Made by a program: the position numbers and the translations under genes. Under the pieces are notes generated by a model. It was given only the letters and a program-made list of their open reading frames with translations. It did not search any database and had not been told where the DNA came from. Source: an uncultured Candidatus Rokubacteria bacterium (lineage in GTDB: Bacteria > Methylomirabilota > Methylomirabilia > Rokubacteriales > DASRDR01). Taken from it: a DNA stretch of 64,000 nt. This document shows, one piece after another, positions 28,285 through 36,603 of this stretch; position 1 is the first letter of the stretch, and every line of letters starts with the position of its first letter. The stretch is from the NCBI GenBank assembly GCA_963826115.1, contig CAWGVS010000006.1, positions 1,088,001-1,152,000 of the forward strand. The letters are read 5' to 3'.

Positions 28285-30530
28285 GGGATCGCCTTCACGG
28301 GCAGGTTCGTGCGGTTGTCGTCGACGGTGAGGGCGACCAGGACCACGTAGCGCCCGGCGCGGTCGACTCTCCGGAGGTCGACCCGGTAGATGCCGGGGTC
28401 GGCCGCTTCCACCGTGCCCGCCGCCGCCACCGCACGGTCCGGCCCGACCACGACGTAGTGGCCGAGGGGCAGGCTCCGCTTGTCCTGCTCGAGGACGCGC
28501 TTGACGAACGGCTCCCGCACGATCTGGTAGTCGCGGCCGAACCGGTCCATCCGCTCGACCTCGGCCTTCAGCAGGAGCTCCTCCGGTCGGACCTCCGCGT
28601 CCGTGACGAAGGCGCGGAGCGGGAGTGCGTGGGCGTTGAAGACGCCGAGCCCGCGCGGGTAGGAGAGGTCGCGGAAGACCTGGAGGACGCTCGTGTCGTC
28701 GGTCCAGCTCGCTAGCCGGTACGGCCCGTTGGTGACCAGGAAGTGTCCCGAGGCGTCGTGGAACGCGCGGAGCGCCGCCCACCGGCTCTCGGCCTCGGCG
28801 GGCGTGACCTGTCCGGCGAGCGCCGCCGGCACGTAGTGGCGCGCGGCCAGCTCGTCGAGGAGCGCCCGGAGACGCGTGCCGAGCGCCCGGTCACGGGCGA
28901 GGTCGAGCCAGGGCACGCCCCGCGCCTCCGCGGTCTCGCGCGAGAACGCCGCCAGGCCGCGGCTCACCGCCTCCTCCGCGAGGGCCAGCACCGGCCACGG
29001 CACGGTCGTCCACGGCGGCGCGATCAGGGCGGTGTCGGCGGGACTCGCTCCCGGCCGCTCGACGTACGCCTCGACGATGGGCACCGCGTAGGTGAGCTTG
29101 TCCTCGCCGAACGCGAGGACGTCGGTCTCGGTGCGCAGGACCCGGAGCGCGACCAGGCCTTCGCGTACCCGGGCGGTGGCGCGTGCGACCGCGGGTTCCT
29201 GGGTCCGCCAGGCGAGGCCGAGCGCGTAGAGGATGTCCGTGGCGTCCAGGGCGGTCTCGTCGTGGAACTTCGAGGCGAGCACCCGGTAGACGACGCGCGC
29301 GCCGGCGCGCTTCCCGGGTCCGACCGCGCGCGGTGCGCCGCTGCCCGGCTCGAACGCGAGGGCGTCCTCGGGAACCGGCAGGCTCGGCGTGCCGAGGTCC
29401 ACCTGGGCGACGGTGACGCGATTGGGGATCCACCCGGCCCCGTGCGGGGAGGGGAAGAAAGCCGGATCGCCGAGCGCGAGCCAGAGGAGCCGGCCCGCCG
29501 GGTCGCTGAAGCCGGCCACCGGATTCCAGGCCGCCGCCGCGCGCTCCGGCACGCCAACCGTCAGCCAGCCATTCCACGGGAAATCCTTCAGCTTGACCGT
29601 GCGCGGGAAGATCGCGGAGCCGATCCCCGCCTGGGCGTCGTACGCGACGTTCTCGACGCCGCCCGAGTAGTCCTGGTTGAGGGGTTCCGTCCGGAGCGTG
29701 TAGCCGGCCACCGAGCGTTCGCACCCCGACCGGAGCAGCGAGACGAGCTCGCGCTCGAGCGTCAGCCGCTCGCGCTCGGGCATGCCGGCGTCGGAGACGA
29801 GGCGCTCGTGGAGCGCGTCGACGCGGCCCCGCGCGCCCGCGTCCTGCACGCCGTCACGGAGGGTCAGATAGGCCTGGTGCCACCCCGCCTTGAGCCAGGG
29901 GAGGCCGACGCCTCCATTCGGGCCCACGGCGTCCTGCGCCCACCAGGAAGAGACCTCCGCCAGCTCGACGGCGGCGTCCCAGTCCGGACCGGAGGACCGG
30001 AGAGCCGGCGGGACCAGGCCCTCCGTCCCGCTCCCGGCGGCGCGCACGCGCAGCGGAGCCCCGGTCCAGACCGCGCCGGTGACGGCGCCCGCCGCCGCGG
30101 CGAGATCGGCGTGCTGGAGGTAGTCGGGGTGATATGGCGTCACGGGATACGGGTACGCGCGGTACCCGGGAGCGGTCGCGAGGGCCTCCGCCACCGTCCG
30201 GGCGGCGAGGCAGCGCGCTCCGGCGTCCCCCGCGAAGCGGGCCGCCGGATTGAGCGTGACGATCACGTATGCGGCGAGCGACTCGACCGTCCCGACGGTG
30301 GAGGGGCGTGGGCGGCCGGCGAAGGGATCGACGCCGAGATAGGCGTGGAGCGCGCCGACCGCGAACTTCCGCGGCGCCGCGGCCGGGGCGAGCACGCTGA
30401 GGGTGATCTCCTGGGGGTAGTACGAGGCGTAGAAGGGAAACTCGTGACCGGCCCGGGCGGGGAGGGTCGCGAAGAGCCACGCGGCGAGCGTCGCGACGAA
30501 GAACGCCACTCGGTGCCGGCGGGCTCTCAT
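28272..30530 (-). CDS. Large exported hypothetical protein with partial similarity to family 5 solute-binding proteins
   Basis: Signal peptide ARA|GHE; WNPVAGFSD, KFHD, TNGPY.L..W segments typical of SBP5. Confidence 0.65.
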   Translation of the reverse strand: MRARRHRVAFFVATLAAWLFATLPARAGHEFPFYASYYPQEITLSVLAPAAAPRKFAVGALHAYLGVDPFAGRPRPSTVGTVESLAAYVIVTLNPAARFAGDAGARCLAARTVAEALATAPGYRAYPYPVTPYHPDYLQHADLAAAAGAVTGAVWTGAPLRVRAAGSGTEGLVPPALRSSGPDWDAAVELAEVSSWWAQDAVGPNGGVGLPWLKAGWHQAYLTLRDGVQDAGARGRVDALHERLVSDAGMPERERLTLERELVSLLRSGCERSVAGYTLRTEPLNQDYSGGVENVAYDAQAGIGSAIFPRTVKLKDFPWNGWLTVGVPERAAAAWNPVAGFSDPAGRLLWLALGDPAFFPSPHGAGWIPNRVTVAQVDLGTPSLPVPEDALAFEPGSGAPRAVGPGKRAGARVVYRVLASKFHDETALDATDILYALGLAWRTQEPAVARATARVREGLVALRVLRTETDVLAFGEDKLTYAVPIVEAYVERPGASPADTALIAPPWTTVPWPVLALAEEAVSRGLAAFSRETAEARGVPWLDLARDRALGTRLRALLDELAARHYVPAALAGQVTPAEAESRWAALRAFHDASGHFLVTNGPYRLASWTDDTSVLQVFRDLSYPRGLGVFNAHALPLRAFVTDAEVRPEELLLKAEVERMDRFGRDYQIVREPFVKRVLEQDKRSLPLGHYVVVGPDRAVAAAGTVEAADPGIYRVDLRRVDRAGRYVVLVALTVDDNRTNLPVKAIPWTR

Positions 30531-30588
30531 AGCGGCGCGAGCTGGCTCCTCGTTGGGTCGGACGGGTCGGATGCGATCCAGGGGGACG

Positions 30589-30619
30589 CGGGCCCGGCGG
30601 GCACTGCCCGCCGGGCCCG
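30589..30619. terminator. Intercistronic 15-bp hairpin after the SBP gene (stabiliser or attenuator)
   Basis: CGGGCCCGGCGGGCA-C-TGCCCGCCGGGCCCG perfect inverted repeat. Confidence 0.6.
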
Positions 30620-30629
30620 GGAGTCTCGG

Positions 30630-32003
30630 CTACGCAGTCGCCTGCGGCCAGGTCTCCTCGATCCACTTGAAGGTCGTGGTCGGCTCGCCCTTCGGGTATC
30701 CGGGCGGCGCCGTGAGGCTGCGGATCGGCACCGTGATGACGCGCTTCTGGTCCAGCACCGGGAAGGGGTAGTCCTTCGTCTGCACGCTGAAGCCGGTGAT
30801 GCCGTCCTTGTATCCCTGGTGGTTGTCGGCCCGGATGTGGATGTACCCGGCGGGGCTGTCGTACGAGAGCCCCTCGAGCATCGCGATGATCGCGTCCTCG
30901 TCCGGCCACCCGCCCACGAGCCGGTTCGCCTTCTCGATGGCGAGCTTCAGCATGTGGAGGGTGGTGTAGGAGCCCTCGGCCTGGAAGTTCGGGTACTCCT
31001 TCCAGCGGTCGTAGAATTTCTTCACGAACTGCGTGTTCAGCGGCCAGCGGTTGCCCGGCGGGTACGTGAAGTGGTAGTTCGAGTGGACGCCCGCCACGAT
31101 CCCTTCCGGATGGTCCGGCCCGAGCGCGTGCGGGGCGACGCCGAAGGCCAGCGTGGTCGCCACCTTCATCTTCTTGAACAGGTCGTAGCGGAGCGCCTGC
31201 TTGTAGAGGGCGACGTAGTCACCGCCCCACACCGAGCAGAAGAGCAGGTCGGGCTTCGCCGAGATCGTCTTCGTGATGTGGGCCGTGAACTCCGTGGTCC
31301 CGAGCTTCGGCCAGGCCTCGGAGACGACGTCGATCTTGCCGGGCGTCAGCTTCTTCATCACGACGTTGAAGTGGTCGAAGGCGTTCCGCCCGTAGGAGTA
31401 GTCGGGGTGGATGTGCGCGATCTTCCGGACCTCGGGCCACGCGCTGGCGGCCGCGATCGCGGCGATGCCGCCGTCCGCCGACTGGATGTTCGTCAGCCGG
31501 AAGATGTAGTGGGGGTCCGGGACGGCCTTCTCGAAGAGGAAGTCCGTGCAGCCGTCGACGAAGATCGTCAGGCACTTGACTTCCTCGGCGACCGGGCCGA
31601 GGGCCGGCGTGTTGCCGCTCGAGATGACCCCGGTGAAGAGGTCGATCTTCTCCGAGAGCTTGAGCCGGCGGAGCTCCTTGACGTTGGCGTCGGTGCCCGC
31701 CGCCTCGTCGGCCTTCAGGGTCTCGATCTGGCGCTTGCCGAGGAGACCACCGTCCTTGTTGATCTCCTCCGCGGCCAGGATGTGGCCCTTGTAGGACTGC
31801 TCGCCGAGCACGGCGGCGGGGCCGGTGAAGAACGTCATGTGGCCCGTCTTGAACGGCGTGCTCGGGATGGTGCCCTTCGGAGTGAACTTCTGCTGCGCCT
31901 CCGCGGCCTTCGGCGTCACGATCGAGCCGGCGGTGGCCGCCGCCGCTCCGACCGTCATGCCCAGCCGCTTCAAGAGGTCGCGTCGGGTGACCTGCTCTGC
32001 CAT
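30630..32003 (-). CDS. ABC transporter substrate-binding protein (LivK / Peripla_BP_6 family), Tat-exported
   Basis: TRRDLLK Tat signal; AAEEIN.DGGLLG, PDYSYG, WPKLG; AAGGAGG SD. Confidence 0.9.
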   Translation of the reverse strand: MAEQVTRRDLLKRLGMTVGAAAATAGSIVTPKAAEAQQKFTPKGTIPSTPFKTGHMTFFTGPAAVLGEQSYKGHILAAEEINKDGGLLGKRQIETLKADEAAGTDANVKELRRLKLSEKIDLFTGVISSGNTPALGPVAEEVKCLTIFVDGCTDFLFEKAVPDPHYIFRLTNIQSADGGIAAIAAASAWPEVRKIAHIHPDYSYGRNAFDHFNVVMKKLTPGKIDVVSEAWPKLGTTEFTAHITKTISAKPDLLFCSVWGGDYVALYKQALRYDLFKKMKVATTLAFGVAPHALGPDHPEGIVAGVHSNYHFTYPPGNRWPLNTQFVKKFYDRWKEYPNFQAEGSYTTLHMLKLAIEKANRLVGGWPDEDAIIAMLEGLSYDSPAGYIHIRADNHQGYKDGITGFSVQTKDYPFPVLDQKRVITVPIRSLTAPPGYPKGEPTTTFKWIEETWPQATA

Positions 32004-32092
32004 CGGTGTCCTCCTTGCAAATGGTGCGCTCGGGGTCCGGACGCGGGTGGCGGGCGCTCCAGGCCCGCTCAAAGATCTGCGAAATTGCTGGC

Positions 32093-32122
32093 ATTGCACC
32101 ACGGGGCCTTCCGGGGTGTCAA
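32093..32122 (-). promoter_or_regulatory. Putative sigma70 promoter of the ABC operon
   Basis: TTGACA-18-TGCAAT with TG extension. Confidence 0.4.
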
Positions 32123-32196
32123 GGCCGGCGAGGGCCGCCGCGCGCGGTCCGCGTGATGCGGTCCGCGTGATGTAGTCTGACGGGCGGGAGGTGGCG

Positions 32197-34044
32197 ATGA
32201 CCGGGTACGGTGGAAGAACGCTGCACGTGGACCTCACGACCGGGCGCGCGGAGGTCCGTCCCCTCGACGAGGGCACCGCGCGGGCCTTCCTGGGCGGGAA
32301 CGGGCTGGCCGCCCGGCTTCTCTGGGAGGCGGCCGTGCCGGGCGTCGACGCGTTCGATCCCGCCAACCCCGTCGCCCTGGCCGTCGGCCCGATCACGGAC
32401 ACCATCGTTCCGGGCAACAGCCGCGCGTGCGTCGCCACCAAGTCGCCCCAGACCGGCCTCTTCTTCGACTCGACGTTCGGCGGGCGGTTCCCGGCCATGC
32501 TGAAGCGCACGGGCTTCGACGCCGTCGTCGTGACCGGCCGCGCCGCGCATCCGGTCTACCTCGCGGTCGACGAGGACGGCGCGACGGTCAAGGACGCGCG
32601 AGACGTCTGGGGCAAGACGACCCGCGACACCGTGGACGCGATCCAGGCCGCCGACGGCGCCGAGACCGACGTGCTGGCCATCGGCCCGGCGGGAGAGCAC
32701 CGTGTCCGCTTCGCGTGTCTCGCCCACTACTGGAAGAACCGCGAGGGCGTGGCCGGACGCGGGGGGATCGGCGCCGTCTGGGGCTCGAAGCACCTCAAGG
32801 CGGTGACGGTTCGGGGCGCCCGGAAGACGGGGGTCGCCGATCCCGCTCGGCTCAAGCGGCTGGTCGACGAGACGCGCGAGCCGATGAAGAAGGGCACCGC
32901 GAACCTCTCGACGTACGGGACGCCGTTCCTCACCGGGCCCATCAATGCGATCGGCGCGCTCGGCGCCTACAACCTCCAACACGAGACCTTCGCCGACTGG
33001 GAGGTGATCGACGGCCGGTCGCTGAAGGAGCACTACCACGACCGCGACACCACGTGCCTGAAGTGCCCGGTGGCCTGCGGCAAGCAGTTCGCCGTGCCCG
33101 CCGACGTGCCGGCCTACGGCGGGGTGCGAGGCAAGATGCCGGAGTACGAGACGATCTTCGCCTTCGGCTCGATGCTCGGCAACGCCAACGCTCCCAGCAT
33201 CATCCACGCGAACATCCTGTGCGACCTCCTCGGGCTCGATTCGATCTCCATGGGGGTGACGCTCGCCTTCGTGGCCGAGTGCCTGGAGCGCGGTCTTCTG
33301 ACCCCCGCCGACGTGGGCGGGCCGTTCGGATGGGCGGACCACGAGGGGATGATCCGGCTCGTCGAGCAGACCGCGCGGCGCGAGGGGTTCGGGGATCGGC
33401 TTGCCGAGGGCTCGTGGCGGCTGGCCCGGGAGATCGGTCGCGGGGCCGAGCGGCTCCCCTACGCCGTGAAGGGGCTCGAGCTGCCGGCCCACTCGGCGCG
33501 CGCGCTCAAGGGCATGTCCATCGGCTACGCGACGGCGACCCGCGGCGGGAGCCACCATGACACGCGCCCCACGCCCCAGTACGCGCAGGGGTTCGACCGA
33601 CGCTCCACCGCCGACAAGCCGGCGTTCGCCGCCAAGAGCCAGCACTTCACCGCCGTCGACGACAGCCTCGTCATGTGCCGCTTCACCTCCGAGCGGGGAT
33701 TCGGGCTCTTCCTGAACGAGGCCTACGCGGGGCTCCTGTCGTCGGTGACGGGGTGGACGGTCGACGTGCCCGAGCTCGAGCGGATCGGCGAGCGAATCGT
33801 CAACCTCGAGCGGCTCTTCAACGTCCGTGAGGGCGTCCGCCGGAAGGACGACGTGCTGCCGTGGAAGGTGATGCACGAGCCGATCCCCGACGGGCCGTCG
33901 GCCGGGATGCACTGCCCGCCCGAGGAGCTCGATGAGATGCTCGACGCCTACTACGCGCTCCGGGGCTGGGACGCCGACGGCGTGCCGACGCGGGAGCGCC
34001 TGACCGACCTCGGCCTCGACGCGGTGCCGGGCGTGCTCGGGTAG
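32197..34044 (+). CDS. aor: Aldehyde:ferredoxin oxidoreductase family protein (W/Mo-pterin)
   Basis: KSPQTG, IGPAGE, GRGGIGAVWGSK, CLKCPVAC, EYET, CDLLGLDS. Confidence 0.92.
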   Translation: MTGYGGRTLHVDLTTGRAEVRPLDEGTARAFLGGNGLAARLLWEAAVPGVDAFDPANPVALAVGPITDTIVPGNSRACVATKSPQTGLFFDSTFGGRFPAMLKRTGFDAVVVTGRAAHPVYLAVDEDGATVKDARDVWGKTTRDTVDAIQAADGAETDVLAIGPAGEHRVRFACLAHYWKNREGVAGRGGIGAVWGSKHLKAVTVRGARKTGVADPARLKRLVDETREPMKKGTANLSTYGTPFLTGPINAIGALGAYNLQHETFADWEVIDGRSLKEHYHDRDTTCLKCPVACGKQFAVPADVPAYGGVRGKMPEYETIFAFGSMLGNANAPSIIHANILCDLLGLDSISMGVTLAFVAECLERGLLTPADVGGPFGWADHEGMIRLVEQTARREGFGDRLAEGSWRLAREIGRGAERLPYAVKGLELPAHSARALKGMSIGYATATRGGSHHDTRPTPQYAQGFDRRSTADKPAFAAKSQHFTAVDDSLVMCRFTSERGFGLFLNEAYAGLLSSVTGWTVDVPELERIGERIVNLERLFNVREGVRRKDDVLPWKVMHEPIPDGPSAGMHCPPEELDEMLDAYYALRGWDADGVPTRERLTDLGLDAVPGVLG

Positions 34045-34076
34045 GACCGGTCGGGCCGCGGGGCGCGCCGGGCGCC

Positions 34077-34466
34077 CTAGCAGCGGTTCGCGTCGTCGAT
34101 GACGAGGGTGACGAGCCCGGTCGACGGCTCGTACCGGAAGTCGTTCCCCTCGCACTGGAAGGTCGGCGGCGGGTTCAGGAGCGTCGCCACCACGTCCTTG
34201 CTGGGCGGGTAGCCGCCGTGCTGGCCGAAGTAGAGCTGGAGCGAGGTCCGGATCGCGGCCACGGTCGCGCGGTCGGCGGCGAGCCGCGCCGCGGACAGCG
34301 GCTTCTGCTGCTGGATGGTCTCGATGGTCTTCGTCGTCGACACGAAGTACTGGTAGAGGAAGGCGCCGGCGATGGCCAGGATCACCACCACCACGAGGAT
34401 CTCGACCAGCCCGAAGCCCGACTGACTCCGCGCGGCGCGAGACGTGGGCGCGCTGAGCCGCTGCAC
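34077..34466 (-). CDS. Type IV pilin / pseudopilin
   Basis: SG|FGLVEILVVVVIL class III signal; two C-terminal Cys. Confidence 0.8.
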   Translation of the reverse strand: MQRLSAPTSRAARSQSGFGLVEILVVVVILAIAGAFLYQYFVSTTKTIETIQQQKPLSAARLAADRATVAAIRTSLQLYFGQHGGYPPSKDVVATLLNPPPTFQCEGNDFRYEPSTGLVTLVIDDANRC

Positions 34467-34472
34467 GCCGCC

Positions 34473-34502
34473 ATCTTGAGTCGGAGCGTCGGCGGGTGTC
34501 AA
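34473..34502 (-). promoter_or_regulatory. Putative sigma70 promoter, leaderless pilin mRNA
   Basis: TTGACA-18-CAAGAT, 6 nt before the GTG start. Confidence 0.5.
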
Positions 34503-35268
34503 GAAAAGCGCGCCCCGACCGCGTGCCCGACGAAGATGACGCCGGCCGCCGTCATGATCGCCACCGCCGTCCATCCCAGGAGGTTCAGCCAGAAGCCGTT
34601 CGTCGCCTCGCCCATGATCCGGCGGCTCCGGCCCACCAGCATCACGAGGACCAGGAGGGGCGGGGCCAGGAGCCCGTTGACCAGCGCGGCCAGGAAGAGG
34701 AGGCGGATGGGGTCGAGGCGCAGGCCGTCGAGCAGCACCCCGCCCAGGATCGCCGCCGCCATGACCAGGTAGAAGCGCCGCCCGCGCCGGGGCGGCAGGT
34801 CGAGCCCGCTCCGCCATCCGAAGGTCTCCGAGACCGCGTAGGACGCGGAGCCCGCGAGCACGGGGATCGCCAGGAGGCCGGTGCCGACGATTCCCAGCGT
34901 GTACAGGAGGTAGGCGGCGTCTCCCGCCAGCGGCCGGAGCGCCTCGGCGGCCTGCCGGCTGGACGCGACGTCGCCGAGGCCCGCGCGGTGGAGCGTCGAC
35001 GCCGTGGTCAGCATGATGCAGTACATGACGAGGTTGGAGAACACCATCCCGGTCGTGACGTCGACGCGGGCCTCGCGGAGCTCGGCCGCGGTGGCGCCGC
35101 GGCGCCGAGCGACGCGCCGGCGATCGAGTAGGTGGCGATGCCGCTCGGATCGTCGTCCGAGGCGCCCGTGACGAGACCGGGCCCGAGGGCGGCGAGGTAC
35201 GCGGCGGCCCCCCGGCGGCCGGCCCGGGCCGGCCCCGCGGCCTGGCCTCGCCGAGCGGGCCAGGCCAC
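34499..35268 (-). pseudogene. Nramp (MntH-like) divalent metal transporter, internally deleted and frameshifted
   Basis: LGPGLVTGASDDDPSGIATYS in one frame joins RRGAT..ELREARVDV..GM.FSN C-terminal half in another frame near 35105; middle helices missing. Confidence 0.8.
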
Positions 35269-35306
35269 GGGTACCGGGCCGCGCGGTCAGCGGCCCGCGG
35301 CGGCCG

Positions 35307-35735
35307 TCACTCGCCGACGATCTGGACCTGCAGCCTCCGGTCACGTGGGCCGTCCAGCTCCGCCAGGATGACGCTCTGGTACTGGCCGAGCAGGACGTCA
35401 CCGTCGGCCATGGCCAGGGCGATGGGCCGTCCCAGGAGCGTGGCGCGGAGATGCGCGTGCGCGTTGGCGCGGTCGCAGTCCGAGTACCGGGGATCGTCGT
35501 GGAGGTATCCGTCCCGACGCGGCACCAGCTTCTGCAGCACCGCGCCCAGGTCGTCGAGGAGCGCGGACTGGAACTCGTTGACGAAGACGGCGATCGTCGT
35601 GTGGAGCGAGTTGATCAGGAGGGTGCCGTTCTGGATGCCCGACCGGCTCACGACGTCCCGGACCTGCTTCGTGACGTCGAGGAACTGCTGGTTCTCCTCC
35701 GTGCGGACCTCGATCGTGTCGCGGAACACCTTCAT
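35307..35735 (-). CDS. yjbQ: YjbQ / UPF0047 family protein
   Basis: HTT...NE, YLHDD, NAHAH, LGQYQ, ELDGPR; AAGGGAGG SD. Confidence 0.9.
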   Translation of the reverse strand: MKVFRDTIEVRTEENQQFLDVTKQVRDVVSRSGIQNGTLLINSLHTTIAVFVNEFQSALLDDLGAVLQKLVPRRDGYLHDDPRYSDCDRANAHAHLRATLLGRPIALAMADGDVLLGQYQSVILAELDGPRDRRLQVQIVGE

Positions 35736-35850
35736 CTGCGGCCTCCCTTGCCTCGATTCTGATGACGTCCGGCTACGTGGGGTTTCCACGCGGCCCGACG
35801 TCGCTGCCTGCGACCTGGTCACCCGGGACTCTGCCCGACCGGGGCGGAGT

Positions 35851-36147
35851 TCAGGCGGCGGGCGGTCCCCGCGGCAGCCACCGAGGGAGGGGAGTCGGAT
35901 CGGGCAGGATTGCCGGGGGCCCGTGCCCCACGAGGGCCGCGCCCGAGTCCCGGCTCGCGTCGACGAACGTCGCGAGCGGGACGACGACCGTGAGCGCCGC
36001 GATCGCCGTGGCGGGGCCGGGAAGCGCGAATGCGGTCTCCGGTGCCGGCGTGAAAGCAAGGACTTGACCCAGTCCGAGATGCTGGACGACCAGAAGGATG
36101 ATGGCAATTCGGCCTGCCCGGGTCAGCCCCAGTCCCCTGAGCTGCAT
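35851..36147 (-). CDS. Small leader-like protein with signal/TM segment and C-terminal RGPP
   Basis: ATG 7 nt after TATACT; hydrophobic N-terminus; ends LPRWLPRGPPAA*. Confidence 0.55.
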   Translation of the reverse strand: MQLRGLGLTRAGRIAIILLVVQHLGLGQVLAFTPAPETAFALPGPATAIAALTVVVPLATFVDASRDSGAALVGHGPPAILPDPTPLPRWLPRGPPAA

Positions 36148-36153
36148 GGCCTC

Positions 36154-36180
36154 CAGTATATGCACAGGTGCGATATACTG
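36154..36180. promoter_or_regulatory. Palindrome carrying back-to-back TATACT -10 boxes (divergent promoter/operator)
   Basis: CAGTATAT-GCAC-AG-GTGC-G-ATATACTG. Confidence 0.55.
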
Positions 36181-36227
36181 CTCGCAGTCGGGACACCCGA
36201 TTCGCGAGCCGCCGACCGGAGGGTTCC

Positions 36228-36548
36228 ATGCCGCTCTACATCATGCTGTCCTCCCTGTCCGAGACGGGTCGCCAGGTGCTGCGCAAGCTCCCCGGCTCGA
36301 TCCGGAAGGTCAACGCCGAGGTCGGCCGGATGGGGGTCCGGGTCGTGGCCCAGTACGCGGTCCTCGGCCCCTACGACTTCGTCACCGTGCTCGAAGCGCC
36401 GGACAACGAGACCGTCTCGCGGGTCTCCGTGGAGCTCGGCGCCCGGGGTTCGGTCCAGATGATGACGATGCCCGCCATCCCGGTGGACGACTTCATCAGG
36501 CAACTGGCCAGCCGGCCCCGCCGTCGCGGCGCGCGCCGCCGCCGCTGA
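36228..36548 (+). CDS. GYD domain-containing protein
   Basis: YAVLGPYDFV..LEAPD..GSV..TMPA pattern; GGAGGG SD. Confidence 0.85.
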   Translation: MPLYIMLSSLSETGRQVLRKLPGSIRKVNAEVGRMGVRVVAQYAVLGPYDFVTVLEAPDNETVSRVSVELGARGSVQMMTMPAIPVDDFIRQLASRPRRRGARRRR

Positions 36549-36603
36549 CCTGCGAGCCGCCCTGGCGCGCCGCCCGCGCCTGACCGCCGGGGCCGGCTGA
36601 TCC

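Noticed and set aside
35740-35850. Known riboswitch (TPP, c-di-GMP, yybP-ykoY) in the yjbQ leader
   Set aside because: Hairpins are present but I could not match any consensus by eye; needs an Infernal/Rfam scan
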